64,000 bases of DNA. Origin: Fibrobacteria bacterium. Its GTDB lineage: Bacteria > Fibrobacterota > Chitinivibrionia > Chitinivibrionales > FEN-1185. How positions within the stretch are numbered: position 1 is the stretch's first letter; each line of letters begins with the position of its first letter. The translations under genes were made by a program, and so were the position numbers. Where the stretch lies: positions 30,502-94,501 of the forward strand of contig JBBIGR010000016.1 in the NCBI GenBank assembly GCA_037447435.1, written 5' to 3'. Shown piece by piece: positions 47,578 to 57,369 of this stretch. The notes under the pieces are model-generated. The model ran no database searches. It saw only the letters and a list, made by a program, of their open reading frames with translations, and was not told where the DNA came from.

Positions 47578-49294
47578 AAGCCCGATACTCGTTGGGACGG
47601 AAGCTCTTGTCAATGTACTCGGCGTTGTGTATGCGCATCGGAAAACCGATGACGGCGGCGATATGTATTTCACGCGATTCGGTTTGCCCAAGGCGGAGTT
47701 GCTTGCGTTGGATAATTGGTACGATAAACCGTGGTTTGAGGAAAAACGCGAACACCTGATGGGCACGGGCGCGGTCTATTATGTCCCAACAAAACCGAGG
47801 GACGGAGAAATTTTGGAACTGGTAGTGAAAAATTGCCGTGTCGGCGAAGACGTGCCGCTTGATACGCATACGTTGATGGAATTCATCAATGCCGAATTCA
47901 ACAGCCCCTGGGAGGAATTTTCTTTAGTGATGGAACTGAGGGAAGGGAAATACGGGCCGCCGGATTGCATGGTAAAAACCCAGGAACCCCTCGCGATTTA
48001 CGTACCGCCCGAACGGATGCAACTTTGGCAAAGCGGACGCTCGCGGTCGAAAATGAATAAAATCATGGCAAGACATCCGGGAATCGATCTCGATATTTTA
48101 CGGCAATACAAGCTTATATACGGCTGGATAAAGGGAAAAAACGTCGTCGACTTACTTATGGGAATAGGGCTTCAAAACGAAACCCTTGTCGAAGCGCTCA
48201 TGCCTCTGACGAAAAAATCCATGGACGATCTTGAAAAAAAAGGATTTGTCGTTGCGGATATGAAGCCGCAGCACATCATCATCGGTGAAGAGTTTACCGC
48301 AATACTCGACGATATGAAGAACGTTCATGGCGACCACGCGCAGGAAAAGCAGTTGGAACTCATCACAAGCCTAGTTGCCCATAATCAATACTCGGTTGTG
48401 GATTATGAATTGCTTTTACGCTCGCCGAAACATGAGGAGGAAGTGAAATCCACGCGCCGTCATTCGTACCTGGATTACCAGCGCGACCGGTTTATACCTA
48501 CGCCCCTTCCGCCGCACCTGGATTCCCAGGAGATATTCGGCGTTCCGTATATTCACGGACAAGTCGAAAGTACCCAAGGTCAATTATGGGTTGTTGGCAA
48601 AAACAGCAGGCTATTCGATTATTTTTTGCCCGAACGTTGGCGAAAAACGCCGAGTTGGAAATTGTCGGAGGAGAACGAGGTGTATTACACCGTAACAAAG
48701 GATAATATCCATGTTGTTTGGGAAACGTCGCGTGTTGGCGAAACCCCCGGCTCTTACTTTTCTCAGGAACGTTTCGATCGGGCGGCCAAAGTCGGGTTCA
48801 ACAGTCCGTTCGAAGAATTTGCCATTGCACAGGAATTAAGCGCTGCGGGTATACCGACCGTGTACGTACGGGCGATTTACATGACAGGGACCCTTAAAAG
48901 CGAACAGTCGACCGACCTGTCCCGGTATCAATCGCATTCGTCCGTCAAAAACACGGACGGAACCCCGATTTTGCTTGAAAACCGCAATTACATTTCCATA
49001 CGGGGTTTTTATAACGGTCAGGATGTCTGGGTTGCGAAACAAAGCGGAGGTTTGCAAAGGCCAATGGACCTTAAAAAGGCGGCAATAAACCAGTTGATCA
49101 CGGCCGAAGAATGCCGAGAAATTCAAGCCCGCGTACAAAAAAATCTTTTTAACGCAGGTTTCGACGGTTCTTTGCTGGAGCCTAATGACATCCTTTGCGT
49201 CATCGATTCTCAGGGCCAACTTTTAAAGAATGCGGAAGGAATGATTGAGGCGAGGATTTGCAATTTTGAATTTATCCGAAAACTGCCCGGCTGA
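47564..49294 (+). CDS. Hypothetical protein with two tandem atypical kinase-like domains
   Basis: Internal repeats RVGE/RVGE, FNSPWEEF/FNSPFEEF, DMKPQHII/LLEPNDIL, VDYE/CNFE. Confidence 0.7.
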   Translation: MENPKSPILVGTEALVNVLGVVYAHRKTDDGGDMYFTRFGLPKAELLALDNWYDKPWFEEKREHLMGTGAVYYVPTKPRDGEILELVVKNCRVGEDVPLDTHTLMEFINAEFNSPWEEFSLVMELREGKYGPPDCMVKTQEPLAIYVPPERMQLWQSGRSRSKMNKIMARHPGIDLDILRQYKLIYGWIKGKNVVDLLMGIGLQNETLVEALMPLTKKSMDDLEKKGFVVADMKPQHIIIGEEFTAILDDMKNVHGDHAQEKQLELITSLVAHNQYSVVDYELLLRSPKHEEEVKSTRRHSYLDYQRDRFIPTPLPPHLDSQEIFGVPYIHGQVESTQGQLWVVGKNSRLFDYFLPERWRKTPSWKLSEENEVYYTVTKDNIHVVWETSRVGETPGSYFSQERFDRAAKVGFNSPFEEFAIAQELSAAGIPTVYVRAIYMTGTLKSEQSTDLSRYQSHSSVKNTDGTPILLENRNYISIRGFYNGQDVWVAKQSGGLQRPMDLKKAAINQLITAEECREIQARVQKNLFNAGFDGSLLEPNDILCVIDSQGQLLKNAEGMIEARICNFEFIRKLPG

Positions 49295-49333
49295 TAGGCA
49301 CAAAATCGAATAATCCCCGCGTGTAACCAGCAG

Positions 49334-49966
49334 CTATTGCCGATGCAGGGCAACATGTACTGCTTTGCGCGAATTTTTGCTTTGTGCGTTTGCCGCAGAG
49401 CTCTTTATAACGTTTTGAATGGTATCAATACTCACCATCGCAGCCACGGCAAGTGACTTTTGCATACCGAAATCTTCCAAGGAACTGTGTTTTTTAATCA
49501 GTACGGCAAGCGAATCCGTGATTGCAATTTTAGCAGTAAGGGCTTGTAACTCGTCTTTTTTCAAATTCAAACGCTTGGCTGTTTCTTTTATCTCCAATAA
49601 GGAAGCAAATACTACGGACGATATGGAATCCGCTTTTAATTTTATCCTGTTTTTCTCCGTAATGGCTTTAATGCGAGCGCGAGTTGCATATTGGACCGAT
49701 TGCTTAAGGCACTGTTTGGTTCGGTCAAAGCTGTTTCCGAATAAAATCCATGGCTTCTGTTTGTTCATTATCGAAACTGCGGTTTTTAGTGAGTCGCAAG
49801 CCATGACATAATCAACGGCAGCATATTTTTCTGCTCCCACCGCACTTGCCGAATCGATAGCTGCCTGAGCGGCATTTATTTCTTTAAAGGGCGGCTTTGC
49901 GCACCCGGAAAATAAAAGTGAAAAAGAGATCATACCGGCAAAAATCGAGGTAGTGGAAATACGCAT
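49334..49966 (-). CDS. DUF4398-like helical lipoprotein
   Basis: Lipobox FSGC, AKPP.KEI.AAQAAI..A...GAEKYA. Confidence 0.7.
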   Translation of the reverse strand: MRISTTSIFAGMISFSLLFSGCAKPPFKEINAAQAAIDSASAVGAEKYAAVDYVMACDSLKTAVSIMNKQKPWILFGNSFDRTKQCLKQSVQYATRARIKAITEKNRIKLKADSISSVVFASLLEIKETAKRLNLKKDELQALTAKIAITDSLAVLIKKHSSLEDFGMQKSLAVAAMVSIDTIQNVIKSSAANAQSKNSRKAVHVALHRQ

Positions 49967-50115
49967 TGAAAGCTCCTTTAAATGAGAAAAATTACCACCT
50001 TGGGGTTGTTAAAAACAAGGTTTTGGAAATCCCGAGTGGACAAAAAATATACGATGCCCCATTAGGTATATTACTTTCCTTGAATTGGTACTAACCTATA
50101 ATAAAAGGAGTTGCC

Positions 50116-50565
50116 ATGAACCCCATACAAAAAATATCCAACATCGATCCGGCAAAAAAAGCTTTTACGTTGGTTGACGAATTTAAATCTTTCGCGTTTA
50201 AGGGTAATGTCATAGATATGGCAGTCGGCGTGATTATCGGCGCCGCATTTGGAAAAATCATTGATTCGTTTGTAAAACATATTATCATGCCGCTTGTCAG
50301 CCTGTTGTTACCGGGTGAACAAGGGTATTTGAATTGGAAACTCGTTGTCGGGGCCAAAGAGGTCCCGTATGGGCTTTTCATCGGTGAAGTCGTGAATTTT
50401 TTAATCATTGCCGCGGTTTTATTTGTTTTTATTGTCAAGTTTTTGGGTTTTATCACCAAGGCCAAGCAAACAGAGGCCGCTGCGCCGGTCGCGCCGACAA
50501 AAGACCAGGAATTATTGACTGAAATCCGCGATTTATTGCGATCGCAAGACAAAAGCGAATCATGA
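50116..50565 (+). CDS. mscL: Large-conductance mechanosensitive channel
   Basis: EFK.FAFKGNVIDMAVGVIIGAAFGKI, LLTEIRDLL. Confidence 0.97.
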   Translation: MNPIQKISNIDPAKKAFTLVDEFKSFAFKGNVIDMAVGVIIGAAFGKIIDSFVKHIIMPLVSLLLPGEQGYLNWKLVVGAKEVPYGLFIGEVVNFLIIAAVLFVFIVKFLGFITKAKQTEAAAPVAPTKDQELLTEIRDLLRSQDKSES

Positions 50566-50934
50566 GGGGGCCAATAACGTATCTATAGCGGAAAGCAGAT
50601 GTTTCACATCGAACGGTTTGAGCAAAACCCTGTCGGCGCCGATGTTTTGCGCGATTTGTAAATATTGATTTCCCGCAAACAACCGGTCGCCGCCGGAAAT
50701 CGCGATGGTCTTGATGCCGGAGTTTTTCCGTTTGAAATCCAGAATAGTCGACAACCCGTCTTTTTCCGGCATGACAATGTCGGTGATCAAAAGATCGAAG
50801 CTTTTTGCTTCGAGATATTCCAAGGCTTGCTTACCGTTTTCGGCAGAAACAACATTGTGCTGACGAAATTCCATTAATTGAACAAGCATATCGCGCATAT
50901 GCTTGTTATCTTCGACAATCAGAATAGTAGCCAT
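50560..50934 (-). CDS. Single-domain response regulator
   Basis: ILIVED, ITDIVMPEKDG, AISGG, LKPF. Confidence 0.92.
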   Translation of the reverse strand: MATILIVEDNKHMRDMLVQLMEFRQHNVVSAENGKQALEYLEAKSFDLLITDIVMPEKDGLSTILDFKRKNSGIKTIAISGGDRLFAGNQYLQIAQNIGADRVLLKPFDVKHLLSAIDTLLAPS

Positions 50935-51019
50935 TATTATCTCCCCCAAGCGCAATAGTAAATGCAAACCAAATCTACTTTTTACCATTACCGAAAGGCA
51001 AGGAATGCCGCGGAAAAGG

Positions 51020-51748
51020 TTATAAAGAAAAATCAAGAGAATTGTTCGTGGAATCGGCTCCGATTTTATAAAACACGCTATCGGCAAAACTCTTTTCTAT
51101 GTCTGTCCCAAAACCGAGCAATACTTGTTTGTACGTATTATCAGTTACTTGACTAAAAAAGTCTGCGATAATTTCGTAGGGACCTGCCGGAACGGACGAA
51201 AGATGAAAACGGCCGAGCGAATCGGATAAGGAGAAAAAAGGCGAACCCGCGATAAAAACGCCCGTGAAAGGGGATGTAATTTGGGAACTATCCCTCACGG
51301 TGCCAGACAAAAAGTGCAAAGGTGAAAAATATTCGCGATGAAAAAAAGTTGATGACGAACTCGACAAAGATATGCCCAATACCGAAAGACCGATATTCCT
51401 GCTTTTATTGATTATGAATAAATTATATGTATCTTTTGATGAAGGTTTAAAAATAAAAATCGCGCTGTCGGATGGTTTCAAGGTATCTGCAAAACCGTTG
51501 AAATTGAAAGCCGTATACGTTTTGCCGAACAGATACACCGACACACTGGCTACATCGGTGTCACGGATTTGAAGGCCGTCGGCATTTTCGGAAAACAAAG
51601 AAACCCGTATCATGCTATCGGAAATTGACACACCGGCGCCGTTCGTCGTTTGAGTACCGCTGCCCGAGGTCCCTGAAACAGGACAGTTTTTTTCGCATGC
51701 GAAAAAAAGCAATAGAAGAATGAAGGGTATACGGAAAAACATTGTCAT
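51020..51748 (-). CDS. Lipoprotein with a C-terminal carboxypeptidase-regulatory-like domain
   Basis: Lipobox FFAC, SGTSGSGTQTTNG linker, LSGTV..V.I.G..SD..G.F.LS.VPAG.Y; ATGA overlap with the TIGR02147 gene. Confidence 0.7.
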   Translation of the reverse strand: MTMFFRIPFILLLLFFACEKNCPVSGTSGSGTQTTNGAGVSISDSMIRVSLFSENADGLQIRDTDVASVSVYLFGKTYTAFNFNGFADTLKPSDSAIFIFKPSSKDTYNLFIINKSRNIGLSVLGISLSSSSSTFFHREYFSPLHFLSGTVRDSSQITSPFTGVFIAGSPFFSLSDSLGRFHLSSVPAGPYEIIADFFSQVTDNTYKQVLLGFGTDIEKSFADSVFYKIGADSTNNSLDFSL

Positions 51749-52572
51749 GCATTCTCCTTGCAAAATCCGGATAGCGGAAACAACTGAAGATTTACCTGGT
51801 ATACGCGGGTAACATTAGTGTCTGATGCCGTCGCTTGTAAAATATCCTGACGTGCTTGGGTAATGATTTCTTTAACATTGTTTAATCCGTTTTCCGAAAG
51901 GGAAATGGTCAATGTGGAAATGTCGCGGTCGCTTTTTGGAAATGCGTCTAAAGCAGTTCTGCCCAAATCGGCCATTTGACATTGAAAGGAATGCGTGGCT
52001 GTATTGGTCCATTCGTTCGGGGTAGAAACGAATTTATCGGTAGGCACCCACTTTTTTTTCTTGTTCTTTACGATGAGTCCGAGTTTTCGAAGAATCGTAA
52101 GGGATTTTCGTATATCGTTCGGCTTAACATGAGGAATAAGCAATTTTGATAGCTTGTTCGAATCGGCATTCCCCTGAACAATGTTCAAAAGTTCCCTTGT
52201 TGCGACATTGTACCAATGCAAAAAGTATTCGTCGCTGGTGGGCGGCAGGGTTTTCAGTTTAGTATACCGAAACAAACGGAGCTGCTCATAATAAATCCGC
52301 TTTTCGGCAGGCCTTTTCGCCTGATCGTATTTGACTAAAAGTGAAAAATAACGCGCCTTTCTGGTGCGCAATTTCAACGTTGAAATGATACGGTTTTCCA
52401 GGTCGCTGGAAATATTTCTTTGTCCATTCAGAATACGCACGACGCTGCTGGGGTTTATGCCGATCTTTTTTGCAAACAAACGAAGCGAATATTTGGGGTT
52501 TTGCTTCTGGGAATAGCTGATAAATTCTTTGAGGAAAACCCGGTAACTCTTATACTCGAAAATCAAAAGCAT
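51745..52572 (-). CDS. TIGR02147/DUF4423-family putative regulator
   Basis: IFEY..YR.FL, SLR.FA..G, ILNG.RNIS HTH, WYN.A.REL, RDISTLT.S, VYQ.N.QLFPL. Confidence 0.88.
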   Translation of the reverse strand: MLLIFEYKSYRVFLKEFISYSQKQNPKYSLRLFAKKIGINPSSVVRILNGQRNISSDLENRIISTLKLRTRKARYFSLLVKYDQAKRPAEKRIYYEQLRLFRYTKLKTLPPTSDEYFLHWYNVATRELLNIVQGNADSNKLSKLLIPHVKPNDIRKSLTILRKLGLIVKNKKKKWVPTDKFVSTPNEWTNTATHSFQCQMADLGRTALDAFPKSDRDISTLTISLSENGLNNVKEIITQARQDILQATASDTNVTRVYQVNLQLFPLSGFCKENA

Positions 52573-52836
52573 TGAAATTGTCCAATTATAATAAGTGCGA
52601 ACAAATACCGCAAAAAAAGGCAAAATCGTACGAGGTTATTTTTATAATTATAGTAAGTATACTTAAATTCAGGGAAAAAATGCAATAGTTATTGTATTTT
52701 AAGTTCATATAAAGCAGGCAACGATGTCTTGGTGGGATTATAGGCATTTACGCAAAAAATTAGCTTGTTTTGGCAACATTTTAACCTCATTAAAATAATG
52801 ACTTTCGTAAATTGCATGATGCACAAAATCGGCTTA

Positions 52837-52864
52837 TAAGCCGCCGGCAAAAGCCGGCGGCTTA
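52837..52864 (-). terminator. Hairpin downstream of the subtilase gene
   Basis: TAAGCCGCCGGC-AAAA-GCCGGCGGCTTA. Confidence 0.65.
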
Positions 52865-52882
52865 ATGCAGAGGACGTCGATA

Positions 52883-54916
52883 TTACCTGTTCGACCACGC
52901 AACCGCATAATAGGTGTCTGTTGACACATTGTATGGTCTGACCACGATTGTATAGGTTCCAGTCGAAACGTTTGTCAAATTAATGACTTCTTCAGGATTT
53001 GTGCCCGAAAGACTGACGCCGACTGTATTGCCGTTATAATAAACCGCCAGGTCCAAATCGGAAAGTGTTTCGGAAGAAAAATCGGTACCGCTTACGCGTG
53101 CAGAAAATGATAAAACCACATTGAATTGCGACGTAGAGGTGACATAGACCCGGATAGTGTCGTAATTGGTTGCGCCTTGAAAATAGGTGTTTGAATACCA
53201 GCCGTTGTTTCCGGTAATACTTTGTCCTCCCCCAAAATGATTTGCCGCGGAATATTGGGCAAACGTACCGTTTGTACGACCCGCGCCGTCTTTCATGTCG
53301 ACATAATAAAGATCGTTGTACCACGAATTCCCGTCTATGTTTGTCGCCGATGCCATAACAAGAGCGCGGACAGCTTCGGGCCAAGACCTGAGGTCCGAAT
53401 TTACGGTCATTAAATCGGCGCATAATCCGGCCGTGAGGGCTGCCGACAAACTGGTCCCGCCGTTCGGACATATATAGGCTGTTCCGTCCGGTTTTTCAAA
53501 CATACTCATATTGGTATGAGCGCATGCGGTGACATGGGGTAATTCCTGGCCCGAATTCGGATTCCGCCAAACGCTGGTCGAGGATATCTGCCCCGTTTCC
53601 ATGTCCTGCCCGACAACGATGGGGTTAAACCCTTTATGGTTGACATATTCGGTATTATCGCCGTTATCAATATTACCCGCTGCCTGGCAAATCGTCGGGA
53701 ACGGATAATTTGTGGAAATATAGTCCGCTACCCTATCAAGGTAGCTCTGGTTGCCGTTATATTGTTCGTCCATCGTCATGTTTTTATATGTGCCGAAAGC
53801 CTCGACATGCCATGACCAGCTTATCACGTTTGCATTATTGCTCGTTGCCCAAAAAATGGCATCTTCAGCGTTGTCTATGACCGTCGGGGTGCTGGGGTCG
53901 TTGGGAAAATTCGCAACAAATAAATTGCAGTTATACGCGAAACCCTGACCCCGATAAGGATACGTACGCCGGTTACGAATGCAGGACATTGTCATTGCCA
54001 AATGATCGATATTCCTATCGCTTGCGGAAAATTGATTTTCGGACATACGAAACGTCACCCCGCTTAATCCGAGCTGGTTTTGATAGGAAGGAAATCCCAC
54101 CTCGAGATCCGCGACGTTAATGTTGCTTCCGGTGTATCCGTAATAATTTAAATTGTCAACATACATATAATAGGCCGCGACGTTCAAATCTCCTACGATG
54201 CGGACGTTACCAAGCACATCGATAAGAGCAATGTCCGTATCGAATTTCAGGTCGTTCAATTGTGAAAGTGTAAAATATCCTTTGACAACGGGAACGATTT
54301 TCGACGAGGTGAGCGTTGGGCTAAAAAATTGTTTGTTTTGCTTTTTCGATGCGTCTGCCAGCTTATTCGCAATTGTTGAGCGATATTGGCTTACATTGTT
54401 TTCGAACGCTTTTTTATACGATTTCATCGACGCCTGCCAATTGTTCACGGCAAACGCGTCGCTGCCCCAAAATCTGGTTTGCAGCTGCGAATTTCCGATG
54501 TTCTTGTCGCTTATCCATAATGCGGCATATACAGAGTCGTCGGGGCGTAAAGATGAGCTGAGCGCAACAAGGTCTTTTGAAAAATCCCCGTTTCTTTTAT
54601 AGGAAATCGCCTTTTCACGATTATCTAAATCCGTAATATTTATACTGTTTCCGTCGGAATCGCTCGCGACGGTAACAATGCTTCCAGATTTTTTATCGAA
54701 ACATTTGCGCACATAGGCGGATGTCCCGGATTCTTCAAATCTGATTTTAAATTCGTCGCCGATAATCCTAGCCGAGATGTCGTTGTTCTTGGCTGAGGCT
54801 GTTTCCAAGGTATTTTGCGCTTTTGAGGGCATCTGATAATTTGACCTGGTTATGGTTCCGTGAAATGCATAAAGATTGACATAACAACAAACTAATGCAA
54901 TAGCCACTTTTTTCAT
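52883..54916 (-). CDS. Secreted S8 (subtilisin-like) peptidase with prodomain and C-terminal PPC-like domain
   Basis: Signal peptide MKKVAIAL; triad VADLE, DHLAM, GGTSLSAA; AAGN; DLDLAVY..EE.I..G.Y.I.V. Confidence 0.82.
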   Translation of the reverse strand: MKKVAIALVCCYVNLYAFHGTITRSNYQMPSKAQNTLETASAKNNDISARIIGDEFKIRFEESGTSAYVRKCFDKKSGSIVTVASDSDGNSINITDLDNREKAISYKRNGDFSKDLVALSSSLRPDDSVYAALWISDKNIGNSQLQTRFWGSDAFAVNNWQASMKSYKKAFENNVSQYRSTIANKLADASKKQNKQFFSPTLTSSKIVPVVKGYFTLSQLNDLKFDTDIALIDVLGNVRIVGDLNVAAYYMYVDNLNYYGYTGSNINVADLEVGFPSYQNQLGLSGVTFRMSENQFSASDRNIDHLAMTMSCIRNRRTYPYRGQGFAYNCNLFVANFPNDPSTPTVIDNAEDAIFWATSNNANVISWSWHVEAFGTYKNMTMDEQYNGNQSYLDRVADYISTNYPFPTICQAAGNIDNGDNTEYVNHKGFNPIVVGQDMETGQISSTSVWRNPNSGQELPHVTACAHTNMSMFEKPDGTAYICPNGGTSLSAALTAGLCADLMTVNSDLRSWPEAVRALVMASATNIDGNSWYNDLYYVDMKDGAGRTNGTFAQYSAANHFGGGQSITGNNGWYSNTYFQGATNYDTIRVYVTSTSQFNVVLSFSARVSGTDFSSETLSDLDLAVYYNGNTVGVSLSGTNPEEVINLTNVSTGTYTIVVRPYNVSTDTYYAVAWSNR

Positions 54917-55313
54917 AACAACCGGCCTTTCGATAATGGTTAAAACGGAATATGCCGAAAACCCAGCCTTGCAACCCGACCTCCTTGGGGGCAAAGGCAA
55001 GAGGGGGAAAACCGCGCGGGCTTATATTGTTAGTAAAGATAAATAATTAGATTAAACCTGCGATTAAATCAGGCAACATAATTATAGCCATAAAAAACGG
55101 AAAATTCAACAGGTTTTGTCGAAAGGCCGAATGATTTGAGGCCCGTGAGTGTTTTTAAGCCATAGCTGTTTCATTGGATATAAAATAAGAATATCATTAA
55201 AATACACTGTTATTAGGCAACATTATGGCGTGTAAACAAATCCGAAACCCCGTGGTTCGACACGAATAGGCCTGGTCAAATATGCGACGTACCGAGTAGG
55301 CTAGTAAGGGTAT

Positions 55314-56483
55314 TTAGTTGTCTTTGGATCCAATTCCAGGGGCATGGCAGCCGTCGTTTTTATAATGAGGCAAGTAAATTTCGAAGGACGTTCCTTTTCC
55401 CTTTGCGGTTTGAACATTAATGGCGCCGGCCAATTCATTCACTATCCCGTAAACCACGGCAAGACCGAGGCCCGGGCCTTTTCCGGGTGGTTTTGTCGTA
55501 AAAAATGGCTCGAATATTTTTGAACGTATCGATTCTTCGATTCCGCATCCATGATCCTTTACCGTGATTTTTGAATATGTTCCGGGGCGGATCTTGGAAA
55601 ATTCGGTAATTTTATCTATTGTCAAAACAGCTTCCGTCAATGTTACCCATATTGTTCCCCGGTCGTTCATGGCCTGTGCCGCATTTACACATAGGTTGAT
55701 GAGTATTTTATGTATATGGGACGCATTTGCCAAAACAGGAGTTTTTTCTTCATGCAAGGCGCAGTCTATGGAAATCGAGGAGGGGAACAAGGAGCGAATG
55801 AGGTCCAATGATTCGGCAATATGCGGTCCTATGGCTATTGGCGTCTTTTCCCTCGAATCCTCACTGCAAAATGAAAGAATGCCGTTCACGGTTTTGGAAG
55901 CACATTGACAGGCTTTAATAATATTTTCAATGTTGGTTTTTGCGGTATCGGAAAGCGTCTCTCCGATTAACGTTAATTGGGCATATCCTAAAATTGCACC
56001 GATGATGTTATTAAAATCATGGGCGATCCCGCCGGACAATTCCCCCACTGCCTGCATTTTCTCGGAATATTGCCATTGTTTTTCGAGCTTGTTTTTTTCT
56101 TTTTCAGCGACGATCCGTTGTTTCAACTCTCGTTGGCCCTGCAGCGACAATTGTCTGATTTGACCCATGAGAAACCCGATAAATCCAAACAGGAGGATCG
56201 GTGAATTTCCAACAATATGGGTTTGCAACGGGGCAGTTCCAATAATATGGATAAAAATTATCACGCAATACGGCGCGAGCAAGGCAGCGGCTATAAAAGC
56301 AAAGAACGGATTTAAAAACCAACCGCATGCGAAAATGGGTATGGCGCTGCAACTCAGAACTGCCGGATTATGAAAAACGGCAAACAACCAGTACTGTAGG
56401 GGACAATACGTTGCGAGGATCGCAGATAAAATGAGCCAGACTTTTTTTGATTGTAATGCAATAAGGAACGGCAGCGGTTGCAT
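55314..56483 (-). CDS. Membrane sensor histidine kinase
   Basis: About 4 TMs, [10 protein letters not shown]-box, [26 protein letters not shown]. Confidence 0.92.
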   Translation of the reverse strand: MQPLPFLIALQSKKVWLILSAILATYCPLQYWLFAVFHNPAVLSCSAIPIFACGWFLNPFFAFIAAALLAPYCVIIFIHIIGTAPLQTHIVGNSPILLFGFIGFLMGQIRQLSLQGQRELKQRIVAEKEKNKLEKQWQYSEKMQAVGELSGGIAHDFNNIIGAILGYAQLTLIGETLSDTAKTNIENIIKACQCASKTVNGILSFCSEDSREKTPIAIGPHIAESLDLIRSLFPSSISIDCALHEEKTPVLANASHIHKILINLCVNAAQAMNDRGTIWVTLTEAVLTIDKITEFSKIRPGTYSKITVKDHGCGIEESIRSKIFEPFFTTKPPGKGPGLGLAVVYGIVNELAGAINVQTAKGKGTSFEIYLPHYKNDGCHAPGIGSKDN

Positions 56484-56607
56484 GGCGACCCCGTTGCGAA
56501 AAAAACCTGTTATAAAAATAAGCCGTTGGGGAGCAAAACATAATTATACGACAAAGTACTCGTTATGTCAAGGAAAAACAGATGATTGTATTTTAAGAAA
56601 TGTCCGA

Positions 56608-57369
56608 TTATAGAATGGAAACGTGATCGCTGGCCTTAATGTTCAGCTTTTTTGCCGCATTTCCCTTGTTTATGGAAATTTCTACAAAACCGCAGGACCC
56701 GCGGACCGCACAGGGTTTTTTATCAGCAACGTCTTCGTAGCAATTGCAAAGCGGAATCGAAAGCTTTTTATGCTGCAGACTGCAGGCTTTCAGGCTTAAG
56801 GATGATGGAATGTTGGTGATGGCGTTTCCGAAATGATCGATATAAATAATTTGGCCGGATATTCTTTTACCTTTTGCCCTTGCTGTCGGCAATTCCAAAC
56901 GAACGATATCATCTTGTAAAGGACCGAATTCTTCAAGCGCCACTCCTTTGCTGAGATGAGCGGCGACCGGAGCAAAAATATCCCGGCCGTGAAACGTTGA
57001 GCTTATGGAATCGAGAAAGTACCGGTGCTGTGTGAGCGAATGGATTTTGGGTTTGTAGTAATTGTCTATAATAGGGGAAAAAATGCCGTTATCGGGACCC
57101 ACAAAGAAATATTCCCCGGCAAAAATAGCTATGGCATTCCGGGTACCGCCGACGCCGGGATCGACCACGGAAACAAAAATCGTTCCCTTGGGAAAAAAAT
57201 CGTGACAAGCAATAAGATTGAATGCGGCCGCGGTAATATCACCCGCGGCAACATTGTGGTTGATGTCCACTATGGTTGCCTGCGGGTTTACGGAAAGGAT
57301 AACGCCCTTCATGCTGGCTACAAACCAGTCTTGGGCCCCAAAATCCGTCAACAAGGCGATGGCGTTCAT
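56608..57369 (-). CDS. DUF62 SAM hydrolase/halogenase-family protein
   Basis: LLTDFG, VVDPGVG, GPDNG, STFHGRDIFAP, IDHFGN. Confidence 0.92.
   Translation of the reverse strand: MNAIALLTDFGAQDWFVASMKGVILSVNPQATIVDINHNVAAGDITAAAFNLIACHDFFPKGTIFVSVVDPGVGGTRNAIAIFAGEYFFVGPDNGIFSPIIDNYYKPKIHSLTQHRYFLDSISSTFHGRDIFAPVAAHLSKGVALEEFGPLQDDIVRLELPTARAKGKRISGQIIYIDHFGNAITNIPSSLSLKACSLQHKKLSIPLCNCYEDVADKKPCAVRGSCGFVEISINKGNAAKKLNIKASDHVSIL

Noticed and set aside
50881..50907. Perfect 11-bp inverted repeat AACAAGCATAT-CGCGC-ATATGCTTGTT
   Set aside because: Lies inside the receiver coding sequence, encodes normal residues and occurs once; may be chance
54920..55020. c-di-GMP or other riboswitch in the GC-rich subtilase leader
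   Set aside because: Some pairing is possible, but the GGCAAA/GAAA/GACGCAAAGC elements do not match; an Rfam scan would be needed
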